From the NCBI RefSeq assembly GCF_965363235.1, contig NC_134847.1, positions 69,910,935 to 69,974,934 on the forward strand: 64,000 bases of DNA, written 5' to 3'. The notes beneath the pieces were generated by a model, which was given only the letters and a program-made list of their open reading frames with translations, did no database searches and was not told where the DNA came from. Within the stretch, counting starts at the first letter, position 1; each line of letters begins with the position of its first letter. Position numbers and translations under genes: made by a program. The stretch comes from Mytilus galloprovincialis. Taxonomy: Eukaryota. Below are positions 49,295 through 59,727 of the stretch, in pieces.

Positions 49295-49760
49295 AAGAAG
49301 ATGTGGTATGATTACCAATAAGACAACTGTCCAAAAGAGACCAAAATTATACAGACATTGACAACTATAGGTCACCATACGGCCTTCAACAAAGAGCAAA
49401 GCCCATACCGCATAGTCAGCTATAAAAAGCCCCGATATGTCAATGTAAAACAATTCAAATGAGAAAACTAACGGCCTTATAAAAGTTATTTATATAAAAA
49501 AATGAATGAAAAACAAATATGTAACACATAAACAAATGACAACCACTGAATTACAGGCTCCAAACTTGGGTAAGGCTCATACATAAATAATGTGGCGGGG
49601 TTAAACATGTTAGCGGGATCCCAACCCTCCCCTAACCTGGGACAGTGGTATAACAGAACAACATAAGAACGAACTATAAAAATCTGTTGAGAAAGGCTTA
49701 ACTCATCAGATGGACAAAAATACAAGTGGACGTAGTCCGAGTACTTGTACATCCCGACAA
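49295..49760 (+). mobile_element. SINE-like family, full-length copy, in PARP4-like intron 14.
   Basis: Near-identical to 2886-3340. Confidence 0.55.
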
Positions 49761-49961
49761 CAAAAAGACATTTAAGGAACAGATCTGAGAGTACTCGCAG
49801 TTATCTGACAGCTAGTTCAAAGCTTCTAACAACTAATACAAAAAATCATGTATCTAAGATTAAACTGAAGATTTATGATATACTGTTATAATTTGTAGGC
49901 TATATGTTATGTGTCTTTTTTTGAAGAAAAGTTACTAATAAATCCTTCTTGTTTCTTGCAG

Positions 49962-50117
49962 GATGTATTTACTGTCAGTGTGGGTAATTTGCCACCAGGG
50001 TGTGTGGCCCTTATCAAAATAACTTATGTATCAGAATTACAAGTAGAAGGAGAATTGATCAACTTCACAATTCCTGGATCTGTGGCTCCTTGGAAACAGG
50101 AAGCCAGTAATACTGAA
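49962..50117 (+). CDS. PARP4: PARP4-like exon 15: VIT.
   Basis: DVFTVSVGNLPPGCVALIKITYVSELQVEGELINFTIPGSVAPWKQEASNTE. gtttcttgcag / GTAAGG. Confidence 0.65.
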
Positions 50118-50430
50118 GTAAGGGAGATAACAATAGCATAGGGTAAAATAATAAATCACTGAAGCGTAACCGGAGAGGCCCCGTCTTAAGCAGTCAGTGG
50201 GCCACCACTTATTAAAATTTCTGGATCCGCTACTGGTAAAGGGATATATTTTTGGAAGATGATGATATTAAATGAAACCATTTGTAAAAAAGTGAAATCT
50301 AAGTTTTTCATAGCAGGAAAGTTTATTTGTATCTACAGAATTCATTTTACACTTAGAATTTTATATTGGACAGAGAGGTGAGTTAAAGTTATATTGAAAC
50401 ACGTATGTTGTCATTGTACATGTATTACAG

Positions 50431-50520
50431 GATGATGACAGCTGTACCATCCAAGTGTCAATACAGATGCCATTTGATATCAGAACAGTAACATGTCCAA
50501 CTCATAAAATTATGAAAAAG
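50431..50520 (+). CDS. PARP4: PARP4-like exon 16.
   Basis: DDDSCTIQVSIQMPFDIRTVTCPTHKIMKK. tattacag / GTAAGT. Confidence 0.6.
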
Positions 50521-51107
50521 GTAAGTAACTCTCTTTATGTTGCTTCAAAAAAATTTCTGTGCATGGTTTTATTTTTCAGCTATGGAAAGCTTTCAAATTT
50601 TGACAAATTGAGTTTTTTGAAATGTCTGATATGTTCAAGCTCCTTTTTATACGACCGCAAAAATTGAAAATTTTTTGGTCGTATATTGGTATCACGTTGG
50701 CATCAGCGTCGGCGTCATCAAAGATATTTGGTTTTCGCACTCTAACTTTAGTAAAAGTAAACAGAAATCTATGAAATATAAACCTGACCATAAAAGGAAG
50801 GTTGGGATTGATTTTGGGTGTTTTGGTCCCAACAGTTTAGGAATTAGGGACCAAAAACAGATCCCAAATAAGCATTTTTCTTGGTTTTTGCACAATAACT
50901 TTAGTATAAGTTAATAGAAATCTATGAAATTTTAACACAAGGTTTATGACCACAAAAGGAAGGTTTGGATTGATTTTGGGAGTTTTGGTGACAATGAATT
51001 AGGGGCCAAAAGGGTCCAAAAGTAACTTGTTTGATTTCATCAAAAATGAATTATTGGGGTTCTTTGATATGCCAAATCTAACCGTGTATTCAGATTCTTA
51101 ATTTTTA

Positions 51108-51402
51108 TGCCCCACCTACGATAGTAGAGGGGCATTATGTTTTCTGGTCTGTGCGTCCGTTCGTTCGTCCGTCCATCTGTTCCTTCGTCCGTCTGTCCCT
51201 CTTCAGGTTAAAGTTTTTGGTCAAGGTAGTTTTTGACGAAGTTGAAGTCCAATCGACTTCAAACTTAGTATACATGTTCCCTATGATATGATCTTTTTAA
51301 TTTTAATGCCAAATTAGAGGGTTTACCCCAATTTCACGGTCCACTGAACATAGAAAATGATGGTGCGAGTGGGGCATTCGTGTACTGGGGACACATTCTT
51401 GT
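51108..51402. mobile_element. Small insertion of about 295 bp inside copy 2, with 9-bp inverted termini ATGCCCCAC / GTGGGGCAT. Absent from copy 1.
   Basis: Copy 1 reads ttaatttttggtcctgttttcaaatt at 25751-25776 without it. The 5' hairpin is atgccccacctacgatagtagaggggcat. Confidence 0.45.
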
Positions 51403-51574
51403 TGGTCCTGTTTTCAAATTGGTCTGCATTAAGGCCCAAAGGGTCCAAAATTAAACTAAGCTTGATTTGAACAAAAATTGAGGTTCTTTGATATGCTGAA
51501 TCTGAACATGTACTTAAATTTTAAATTATGGGCCCAGTTTTCAAGTTGGTCCAAACCGAGGTCCAAAATTATTA

Positions 51575-51835
51575 TATTTAGTATCGTGCAATAGCAAGAA
51601 ATTTTCAATTGCACAGTATTCCGCAATAGCAAAAAATCTTCAATTGCACAGTATTGTGCAATAGCAAGAAATTTTCAATTGCACAGTATTGCGCAATAGC
51701 AAGAAATATTCAATTGCACAGTATTGTGCAATAGCAAGAAATATCTAATTGCACAACATTGCGCAATAGCAAGATATTTTCAATTTCATAGTTTTGCGCA
51801 ATAGCAAGAAATATTCAATTGCACAGTATTGTCCC
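51575..51835. repeat. About eight tandem copies of a 33-bp unit AATTGCACAGTATTGYGCAATAGCAAGAAATWTTC. Each unit holds a TTGCACA...TGYGCAA palindrome.
   Basis: Read directly. Present only in copy 2 of the composite element. Confidence 0.6.
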
Positions 51836-52582
51836 GTTTTCAAATTGGTCTACATTAAGGTCCAAAGGGTCAAAAATTAAACTTTGTTTGATTTCAACAA
51901 AAATTGAATATATGGGGTTCTTCAATATGCTGAATCTTACCATGTATTTAGATTTTTAATATTTAGGCCCGGTTATCAAATTGGTCCACATTGAGGTCTA
52001 AAGGGTCTAAAATTGAACATTATTTGATTTCATCAAAAATTGAATTCTTGGGGTTCTATGATATGCTGAATCTAACCATGTATTTAGATTTTGGATATTG
52101 GACCATAATAGGTAAATGTCCAATTTAAAATTTTTAAGTTTTTAAGTTTAAGTTCTTAGACCACATTCATTCTGTGTCAGAAACCTATATTGTGTTAATT
52201 ATTTGATCAAGCTTAAATGTTGTGTCCATACTTGCCCCAACTGTTCAGGGTTCGACCTCTGCGGTCATATAAAGCTGCGCCCTGCAGAGCATCTGGTTAG
52301 CTTGATGGATTAGAAAACCATAAGTATCATAAGATTTACAAATAGCATTCTTCAAATGTTATCTAGACTTTCTTTTTTATCAGCAGATTTGCTTTTTTGA
52401 TTGTGTTTTTGTTAACTTCATCATTTTCAATAGATATTTGAAGACTGCCAAATTTGACTCGTTTGATATTCAAAAGAATATTATGATAATAGCAACAGCA
52501 GTTAACAGTTCAGTTCTATTTTGAAAAAATACAAAATATGAATTGAATGGAATAATAATATAGCTTTATATTGATTAATTAC

Positions 52583-53515
52583 GGTCCTACTAAAAAGCGC
52601 CCAGGAGCGCCCGGGTGAAGAAAAAGCGCCCGGAGAAAAGAAAAAGCGCCCGGGGAAGAAAAAACAGCGCCCGGGGAAAAGAAAAGGCGCCTGGGAGAAT
52701 AAAATAATAATATGTATGATAACAATAAATATTTTCCTGAAGAAAAAAAATCATTGCTTGTTTTGTCCTTATATAAATGGGGATATGTACGATGCTACGA
52801 TCTGGAATTGACAAACTTTGCCTGAGATGTTCCTCACCACAGACAAAAAATGTGAATTATTCATGCAAAGCGTTTTTTTCCAATGACCAGTCAGATTAAT
52901 ACACATACACATCAGCTTTATTACGATTGACAGAGATGAGATTTGTAATATATTATATAAATAATAAAGAGAAAATAATAAAACGTTCTGTTCAGACAAT
53001 GCAAAAGGTACGCTTATGGAATTTTAATATTTCATTATTCTACATCCGTTTTCATTTTTTTAACAATCGTTAACTGTACACACTGTTGATTTTGCATTTT
53101 TTTTTTTAAATCATTCTTAAAAAACATGTCTTTTGATGTCTTACATTTTATAAATCTATAGCATAAACTGTGATCGATTCATTTTTATCTGTCTTTTGAA
53201 ATAGTATTCATATATTATTGTTAAAATTGAAACATTCATACTCGTTTTTATGCTTTATTATATATCTCTATTATCTGAATTTGCAAAATACTTGTCTGAA
53301 ATTAGAAAAAATAATCAATGTGCATAACTTATTTCATCGACACAAAGTTGTCTCATGCCAATACAATATCTATAAAATTTCCCCGGGCGCCTTTTCTTTC
53401 CCCGGGCGCTGTTTTTCTACATGGGGCGCTTTTTCTTTTCCCCAGGCACTGTTTTTTTCTTCCCCGGGCAATTTTTCTTCTACCGGGCACTACCGGGCGC
53501 TTTTTAGTAGGGCCC
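52583..53515. mobile_element. Foldback element of about 930 bp. Inverted arms are made of AAAAGCGCCCGGGGRAG subrepeats; the centre is AT-rich.
   Basis: ggtcctactaaaaagcgcccaggagcgcccggg... at 52583 and ...cccgggcgctttttagtagggcc at 53493-53515 are reverse complements. ORFs 53218..53530 and 52590..52814 are low-complexity artefacts. Confidence 0.65.
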
Positions 53516-53574
53516 ATTAATTTTCTGTAAGCATATATAGAAATGAAGTAAAGTTTGTGTTTTTTTTGTTTCAG

Positions 53575-53712
53575 AGTACAGCTACAAGATGTACAGTTTC
53601 AATGGTGGAAGGACAGACTATTTCTGATGGATTTCAGTTACTGATAGGACTGGCTGAGATACATGTACCGAGGATGTGGGTCGAGGTAGATGGTGAAGGC
53701 AAACAAACTGAG
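53575..53712 (+). CDS. PARP4: PARP4-like exon 17.
   Basis: STATRCTVSMVEGQTISDGFQLLIGLAEIHVPRMWVEVDGEGKQTE. gtttcag / GTATGT. Confidence 0.6.
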
Positions 53713-54043
53713 GTATGTTATCAAAAGATGGGGAAATAGCTAGTTTAGTATGTGCAAAACAATTTCTTTATTTACTTTTTCAAGGTCAATTCACTGCCAA
53801 ACATTAATTATAAATTATAATATCCATGTAAATAATTTCAAACATATGATAAAAAAAAGTATGGTCTTTTTAACTACTTATGTGAATTGTCAGAACCAAA
53901 TTTTGTTAAATTTTTTTTATCTAAATTTTATATAGAGAACATACTTTGTAACCTTTCAACAATTATATAGGGGGTAAAAAAGGGAACAATGAGAGTTATG
54001 TACTCTTGCTGGTATAAACATTCTATCTTTCACATTTTTTTAG

Positions 54044-54230
54044 GCAGCCATGTTGACATTTTATCCAGAATTTGAAGCAGCAGAAGACAATGAAACAGAG
54101 ATAATACTTGTCCTTGACCTTTCAAATTCAATGAAGGGGAAAGCTTTGCAGGAAGCTAAGAAAATTTTGCTGCTAACACTGAATCATCTGTCAGCACATA
54201 CTCTGTTTAACATTGTAGTATTTGGCACAT
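54044..54230 (+). CDS. PARP4: PARP4-like exon 18: start of the vWA domain.
   Basis: AAMLTFYPEFEAAEDNETEIILVLDLSNSMKGKALQEAKKILLLTLNHLSAHTLFNIVVFGT. tttttttag / GTAGGT. Phase-1 exit. Confidence 0.7.
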
Positions 54231-54590
54231 GTAGGTACTTGAGTAGATGTCTTAAGATATGATAATATGACTGTCTTGATCATCCTTACTTACATTTTAT
54301 GCTTGAGAAACTCTTGACAATGTCAAATGTAGCAATAAGTCAATGTCAAAGGTTGCAAGAGGTTAATGTCATAGGTAGCAAGAGGTCAATGTCAGAAGGT
54401 GCAAGAGGTTTATGTCACAGCTTTAAAAATATATCTATAACAATGCATCATCCTTTATGAATATGTCATCTGTAACTGTTCCTTAGTATTAATTTACAAT
54501 ATACATGTATGTAACAACAATGTCTATAAAGTTTCACATGTAATTATAAACTGTCATTATAAACAGGTTACAGAGAATTATTTCCTGCAG

Positions 54591-54640
54591 GCCAGAAAAA
54601 GTCCAAGTCAACGCTGAAAATTTCTGAGCAATTTGTTAAG
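54591..54640 (+). CDS. PARP4: PARP4-like exon 19. An alternative in-frame acceptor lies 24 nt upstream at 54567.
   Basis: CQKKSKSTLKISEQFVK from the ttatttcctgcag acceptor, or CYRELFPAGQKKSK... from aaacag. Both restore the frame. Donor GTATGT at 54641. Confidence 0.45.
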
Positions 54641-55318
54641 GTATGTTTAAATTTCAAACTCAGTTCAAAATGCATTATATCAAGGGCACTAAAATTTGAC
54701 GTGCAGCCTCTCATGTAAAACAGATTGAAAGAGGTAGGGTAGAGTTTCTGAACTTTTTTTGGTGGGAAGGCAAAATAAAAAAAATGTTAAAATGTGATGA
54801 ACATGTCTCATATACTTTCTGTGTAAAAATTTTATTTGTAATTTTCTTTTCATTTCATGTTTAAGCATCCTGGATATGCATGAAATATTTGCCACTCGTT
54901 GTTAAGCAACCTACAATCAATCAAATAATGTATATACAGTGTAACCTGACTAATCCCACACCTGAGTATTCCAACATCCTGCATTAACTGACACATTTTC
55001 ATGGTCCCAATATATTCCTATCCTTGCAGAAAAAAACTTGAGTATTCCGACACCCTGCTCAATCCGACATTTTTTTCTGGTCCCCAAATGTTTCAGATAA
55101 CACAGATTACCCTGTATATTGAAAAAGTTTTCATATTCAGTGAGTAGCAATTATAAACACTTACAATCTGTTGTTTACAGTAACTCTTGATGAGACTTCT
55201 TCGTCTAACATTAGTATAAGTATCTTTATAGATTAAAAATGGTATAAGCATACTCATTACTTATCCCTTTCTATACACCTTGGCTTGTTTCCCTCTAATT
55301 CTGTCTTTTTTGTTTCAG

Positions 55319-55506
55319 GATATCCAAGCCAACATGGGTAGCACAGAGGTATATCGTCCCCTCCACAGTTTCTTCCTCCTAAAGCCGGAGAACTCATTGA
55401 GAAATGTCTTTATATTATCTGACGGTCATATTAACAATGAGGAGACTACTCTTAAAGCTGTTCATGACAACTGTCAGCACACAAGAATCTTTACATTCGG
55501 TGTTAG
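55319..55506 (+). CDS. PARP4: PARP4-like exon 20: vWA domain.
   Basis: DIQANMGSTEVYRPLHSFFLLKPENSLRNVFILSDGHINNEETTLKAVHDNCQHTRIFTFGV. tgtttcag / GTAACT. Phase-2 exit. Confidence 0.65.
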
Positions 55507-55892
55507 GTAACTGTAAATAAAACTTTTATATTAAAAGATAATTTAGGTTTTTGTTTGTCATGTTTGCACCACTGCCTTATTCCTAGGCAGATTGGCACTT
55601 AAATTTATATCTACTACAGTAATGAAAAGTTACTTGCTGAAATGTAAAAAGAATAACATTTGTCCCTTTCTAATAGATCCCGCGGAAATTTCTCATAGAC
55701 ATTAGGAGGTTAAAAATTGTATGTTCCTTACGGTAACAAGCATATATTAAAAGGCTATGTATATTTCTTTTTAATTTGGATATTTTCATCATGTATGTAT
55801 TTTTAAAAAAGAAAAAAAAGTCTATTGTCATAAATACTAATTGCTTGTTAAAGAGAATGAAAGAATAAATGAATGTTCTTGTTCTGTTTCAG

Positions 55893-55992
55893 TGCCATTG
55901 CTAACAAACATGTGCTGAAGGCTATGTCCAGACTTGGAGCAGGTTCTTTTGAATATTTTGATTCTCATGCAAAGTCAAAGTGGGAAAACAAG
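55893..55992 (+). CDS. PARP4: PARP4-like exon 21: vWA domain.
   Basis: SAIANKHVLKAMSRLGAGSFEYFDSHAKSKWENK. ctgtttcag / GTAGTT. Confidence 0.6.
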
Positions 55993-56294
55993 GTAGTTAA
56001 TAAACTTATTAAAGAAGCTTTTTTTTATGTAACTATTTTTATGTTTGAAGAAGAGTTTTATGTTTTTTTTAAGTGGGATTTATTTAAAGTTTTATTTGAT
56101 TAAAAAGAGGATATAATAAGCTGTAGAAAGAAATAAGATCAGTAAAATAGTATTTTTCAGTAGAACTCTTTTACAGTTGATATACAATAAGAAAGCTGAA
56201 AACACAGTGTAAAAATAAAGATAATGACATTTTATGTCATCTAAAAACATCATAACTTGTGTGATCTATAATTCATAATGTATGAATATTGCAG

Positions 56295-56459
56295 GTAAAA
56301 TCCCAAATTCAGAAGACCTCTCAGCCAGTGTTGACCTCTGTATCAGTTGCTTGGCAACAGTTTGATACTCCTCCTCCAGTTCAAGCTCCACAACAAATCA
56401 CAGCTCTGTTTAATGGCTCCAGACTTGTGGTATATGGATTTGTCAGCAATTGTAAAATG
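56295..56459 (+). CDS. PARP4: PARP4-like exon 22.
   Basis: VKSQIQKTSQPVLTSVSVAWQQFDTPPPVQAPQQITALFNGSRLVVYGFVSNCKM. tattgcag / GTAATT. Confidence 0.55.
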
Positions 56460-57190
56460 GTAATTATAAGTACATTTTACAATTTTGTTTTGTTATACAT
56501 TAACAAATAACAAACTTAAAGACAAATCAGACAATTATTTATTAAGTCAGACTGATTTCTTGTTAGATTAACTTTTTTTTTGTTCTAAAGAATAAAGTAT
56601 CCTTTTTTTCACCCTTTTTATTATATCTATGTTGGGAGCCAATAAAATGTAACTTTTTGTGCTTAGAATCATCAGTTTGAATTCACAAAAGTTACATTAT
56701 GGAAAGTTTAAACACTTTCAGAATCATTACTTTTTAAAGATCTCACATGAACAACATTACATATAACTTAACAGGGTTTTCCAATGTTTGTGCAGACTTA
56801 TAACCAAATTTGACATGTAAATTGATCACCCTGATACAATACATGAATATGTAGTGTATTCTTTATGGACATATTTCTTGTTTAGGTAAAGTTATTATTT
56901 TGTTTCTCACAAATCATGATATATAGTTCAAAAATGATAACTTTAAATAGCTTTCCATTAACTTCAGTATTCTATTGCACATTTTGTATATTGACTGCCA
57001 ATGTTTTAGAGTTATGCCCCTTGAAATGTTTTTTTTCAAAGCCTTAGTATATAGTTATATACCATGAACTTATACAATGATGTGAAAGATCAAAGATAGG
57101 TTATGTTCTCTATCATTTATATAACTGGTTTGCCCTCAAATGAATATAATATGTACACATATAAACCATGTTTTACGGTTTTTTATACAG

Positions 57191-57271
57191 GCTACTTTAA
57201 AGGCAGAGATTGGTGGCCAAGAAATATCTACTGTTGTCTCTACGTCTGAGCTCAGTACTACACAAGGGCAG
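57191..57271 (+). CDS. PARP4: PARP4-like exon 23.
   Basis: ATLKAEIGGQEISTVVSTSELSTTQGQ. ttttatacag / GTAAGG. Confidence 0.55.
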
Positions 57272-57664
57272 GTAAGGATAATTTAACAACTGAAATTTCA
57301 TCAAAACTTTTCTTTGGGTTAGTATCCTCATTTAAAAAACATTTAAAGTGCATATATAGATTTTGGAAACTTTGAACACAAATCCTAACTTTCAGATCTG
57401 ACATTAGTAATATCATGTGTATAAACTTGATATTTTTATGTTCAATCTTTTTAGAAAACAATGGAGAAAATAAAATTGTTACAGTGATATTTGTCACAAC
57501 TGTTCCTTTAGGGGGGAAGTCAGAGCTTTATACTAAACTGTTTTGAAGACAACATGTTGACCACTAGATGTCATCTTTCTTTGTTATTGCCCTGCTGTCA
57601 TGTACCGAGAATCACCTTTTATTCATGAGATTGATATGATAATGTTGTTGTTTTTTTCTTGCAG

Positions 57665-57745
57665 AATCTCCACAGACTAACAGCTAAAGCAATAATCAGA
57701 GACTGGGAAGATGGAGTACTTTCCCCAGACAGTATTGACCATCAG
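57665..57745 (+). CDS. PARP4: PARP4-like exon 24.
   Basis: NLHRLTAKAIIRDWEDGVLSPDSIDHQ. ttcttgcag / GTAAAA. Confidence 0.55.
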
Positions 57746-58321
57746 GTAAAATTAAATGAATAAGGTAGAATCTGAACTTTAGTTTGGATGTGAATCATAA
57801 GAGACAGTTACTAATTTTACAAAATTTCTTGCAATAAAAACTACAACATTTCAGTACAACACCATTCATTTTTGTTGTAATAATTTTTTATAAAAAGAGG
57901 AGAACATTTTCAGTACTTTTAAAACTGACAAGACTAAGTGTTAGTTGAGACCCCTGCTACCAAAGTTGATATATTTGCTACTGCTCATGATCTATTAGCC
58001 AATCATACAGCATTCAGGAATTAGAGCATTTGGCTTTGAGTCAATAAATGTGTGTGAGTAGGGTTAGATATCATCCTGTACAGATACCTTGTGATCTTTA
58101 TCTTGTTAAAACTCATGCCCAAGATGTCATTCTATTACAAAACAGGGTTCATATTTGTATAGCAGTTAAACCTTTTACATCCTTATTTGCTGAAAATGAA
58201 AGTTCATGTTATAACTTAAACACCAGCTGCAAAATTGCATCTAGTATCCAAGCTCTTTATTTTGAGACATCTCTGTAATTACTGAGTCAGTTTTTGAATT
58301 ACTCTAGGAGGAATTATATAT

Positions 58322-58530
58322 ATATACTGTAAATTCAGAAATTATTGTGTGCATTTATTATTGTGATTTTGTCATTTTAGAATAAAATGCAATTTAATTT
58401 TTGAGATATTTAGAAAATTCCTATTTGATTCATATAATAAATTTCAAAATGCGAGTTTTAATTATTGTGATGATAAACCTGTTGCATTTTCGCAATAATA
58501 AAAACATCCCAAGGATTTCTGAATTTAAGG
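58322..58530. mobile_element. Second copy of the 38144-type MITE, in PARP4-like intron 24.
   Basis: actgtaaattcagaaattattgtgtgcattt...gcaataataaaaacatcccaaggatttctgaatttaagg. Confidence 0.5.
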
Positions 58531-58577
58531 TAATTTCTATGGATAAAGAAGTAGAATTATTTATGATTTGTTTGCAG

Positions 58578-58679
58578 TTGAAGAAGATGGACATGAAAGA
58601 CTATATAATAGAACTGAGTAAGAAATACTCTATAGTCACTCAGCTGACAAGTTTCATAGCCGTGGAGAAAAGAGAAAAG
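58578..58679 (+). CDS. PARP4: PARP4-like exon 25. The gene probably continues beyond this point, but later exons are not resolved.
   Basis: LKKMDMKDYIIELSKKYSIVTQLTSFIAVEKREK (TSFIAVE as in VIT-vWA proteins). tttgcag / GTAATA. Confidence 0.55.
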
Positions 58680-59439
58680 GTAATATTTACCTATGTTAAT
58701 AGATAAGAATATTTTACCCCACTCTTTGTCCGTTTTGGTCCATCTGTTGTAACTTTTGTTACCATACCTGCCAACTTTCACGATTTAGGCGTGTATTACA
58801 CGATTTTGACCCTTTGTCACGATTGCACGATCGTGATCGTGAAAAACCCTCTAAAACACGATTTTGTGAAAATCTACACGAAAAATATGATGGTTCCCGA
58901 TTTTGAACTGTGTCCATGGAAGACATTCATGTTCAGCCAATCAAATTCTATGTTTCTCATGATCAAATTAATCAGCCAATCAAAAACGTTTTCTCTCAAG
59001 ATAATTCTAACATCCTAGATTTTGAACTTGTGTTGAATTCCTCTGTATTTTAAAATTGTGAACATGGCAAATGGTTTTTCAAATGCAAGGAGGTTCTTAC
59101 ACAGAATAAGAATAAAAGCATGGCTGATTGACAAACTTCAATGATGCATTACTACCATAAAGATAATAAATAGTAGTTTATTCACTAATTTATTGATATT
59201 ACACTTGCTGTAACAAATGTTATTTATGTATTAATTAAAATACCAAATCATTTAATGTACTATTCTTTATTTTTCACATGGACAAAAAAAAAAAGCCCAC
59301 ATGAGGAATCCCTTCAATGAGGGACTTCCCTTAGTCAAGGGGTCATTTTACTTCTGTGAAAAATGAAATGAAAAATGTAGATTTTTATTTAACTTAAAAA
59401 TGGGAAATTCTGACATTATATTTAGAACTACTTTTCTAA

Positions 59440-59727
59440 GGCAGCAACCATTTGATTTTCTGGGGGGGGGGGCTATGTTTTTTTTTTCTGAACAAACTTT
59501 TTTTTTCGCCTGTGGCGAAAAACAATCTATTTTTTTCGCGACAAGTCGAAAACAATTTTTTTCTTTCAATTTTAGCATTACATATAGTGGCAGCTGAGGG
59601 TGAAACAAACAATTTTTTTTCTAAGAATGAAAAACAAATTATTTTTTTCTCCAAAAACTGGAAACAAACTTTTTTTTCCAAAAAAACGCATAGCCCCCCC
59701 CCCCAGAAAATCAAATGGTTGCTACCT
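59440..59727. repeat. Hairpin element of about 290 bp. Termini GCAGCAACCATTTGATTTTCTG(G)n / (C)nCAGAAAATCAAATGGTTGCTA, with internal palindromic T7CG...CGA5 subrepeats.
   Basis: Read directly. ORFs 59348..59771 are low-complexity artefacts. Confidence 0.6.

Larger units (their letters stand above)
50643..52296 (+). mobile_element. Satellite-bearing composite element, copy 2. It is uninterrupted at the Ngaro site but carries two internal extra segments.
   Basis: The start matches copy 1 at 25158, and the tail to atctgg matches 33647-33756. The junction ccaattta|aaatttttaag at 52134/52135 is the empty site. Extra segments at 51108-51402 and 51575-51835. Confidence 0.6.

Noticed and set aside
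50643-52296. Canonical Helitron call for the composite element.
   Set aside because: The 3' CTGG plus hairpin fits. But the 5' end is CT.. rather than TC.., and the flanking A|T context is inconsistent between the two copies. Only a resemblance is reported.
52590-53530. ORFs with Pro/Gly/Ala/Phe-rich peptides (GAFSFPRALFFLP...).
   Set aside because: They are translations of the GCGCCCGGG subrepeat arms of the foldback element.
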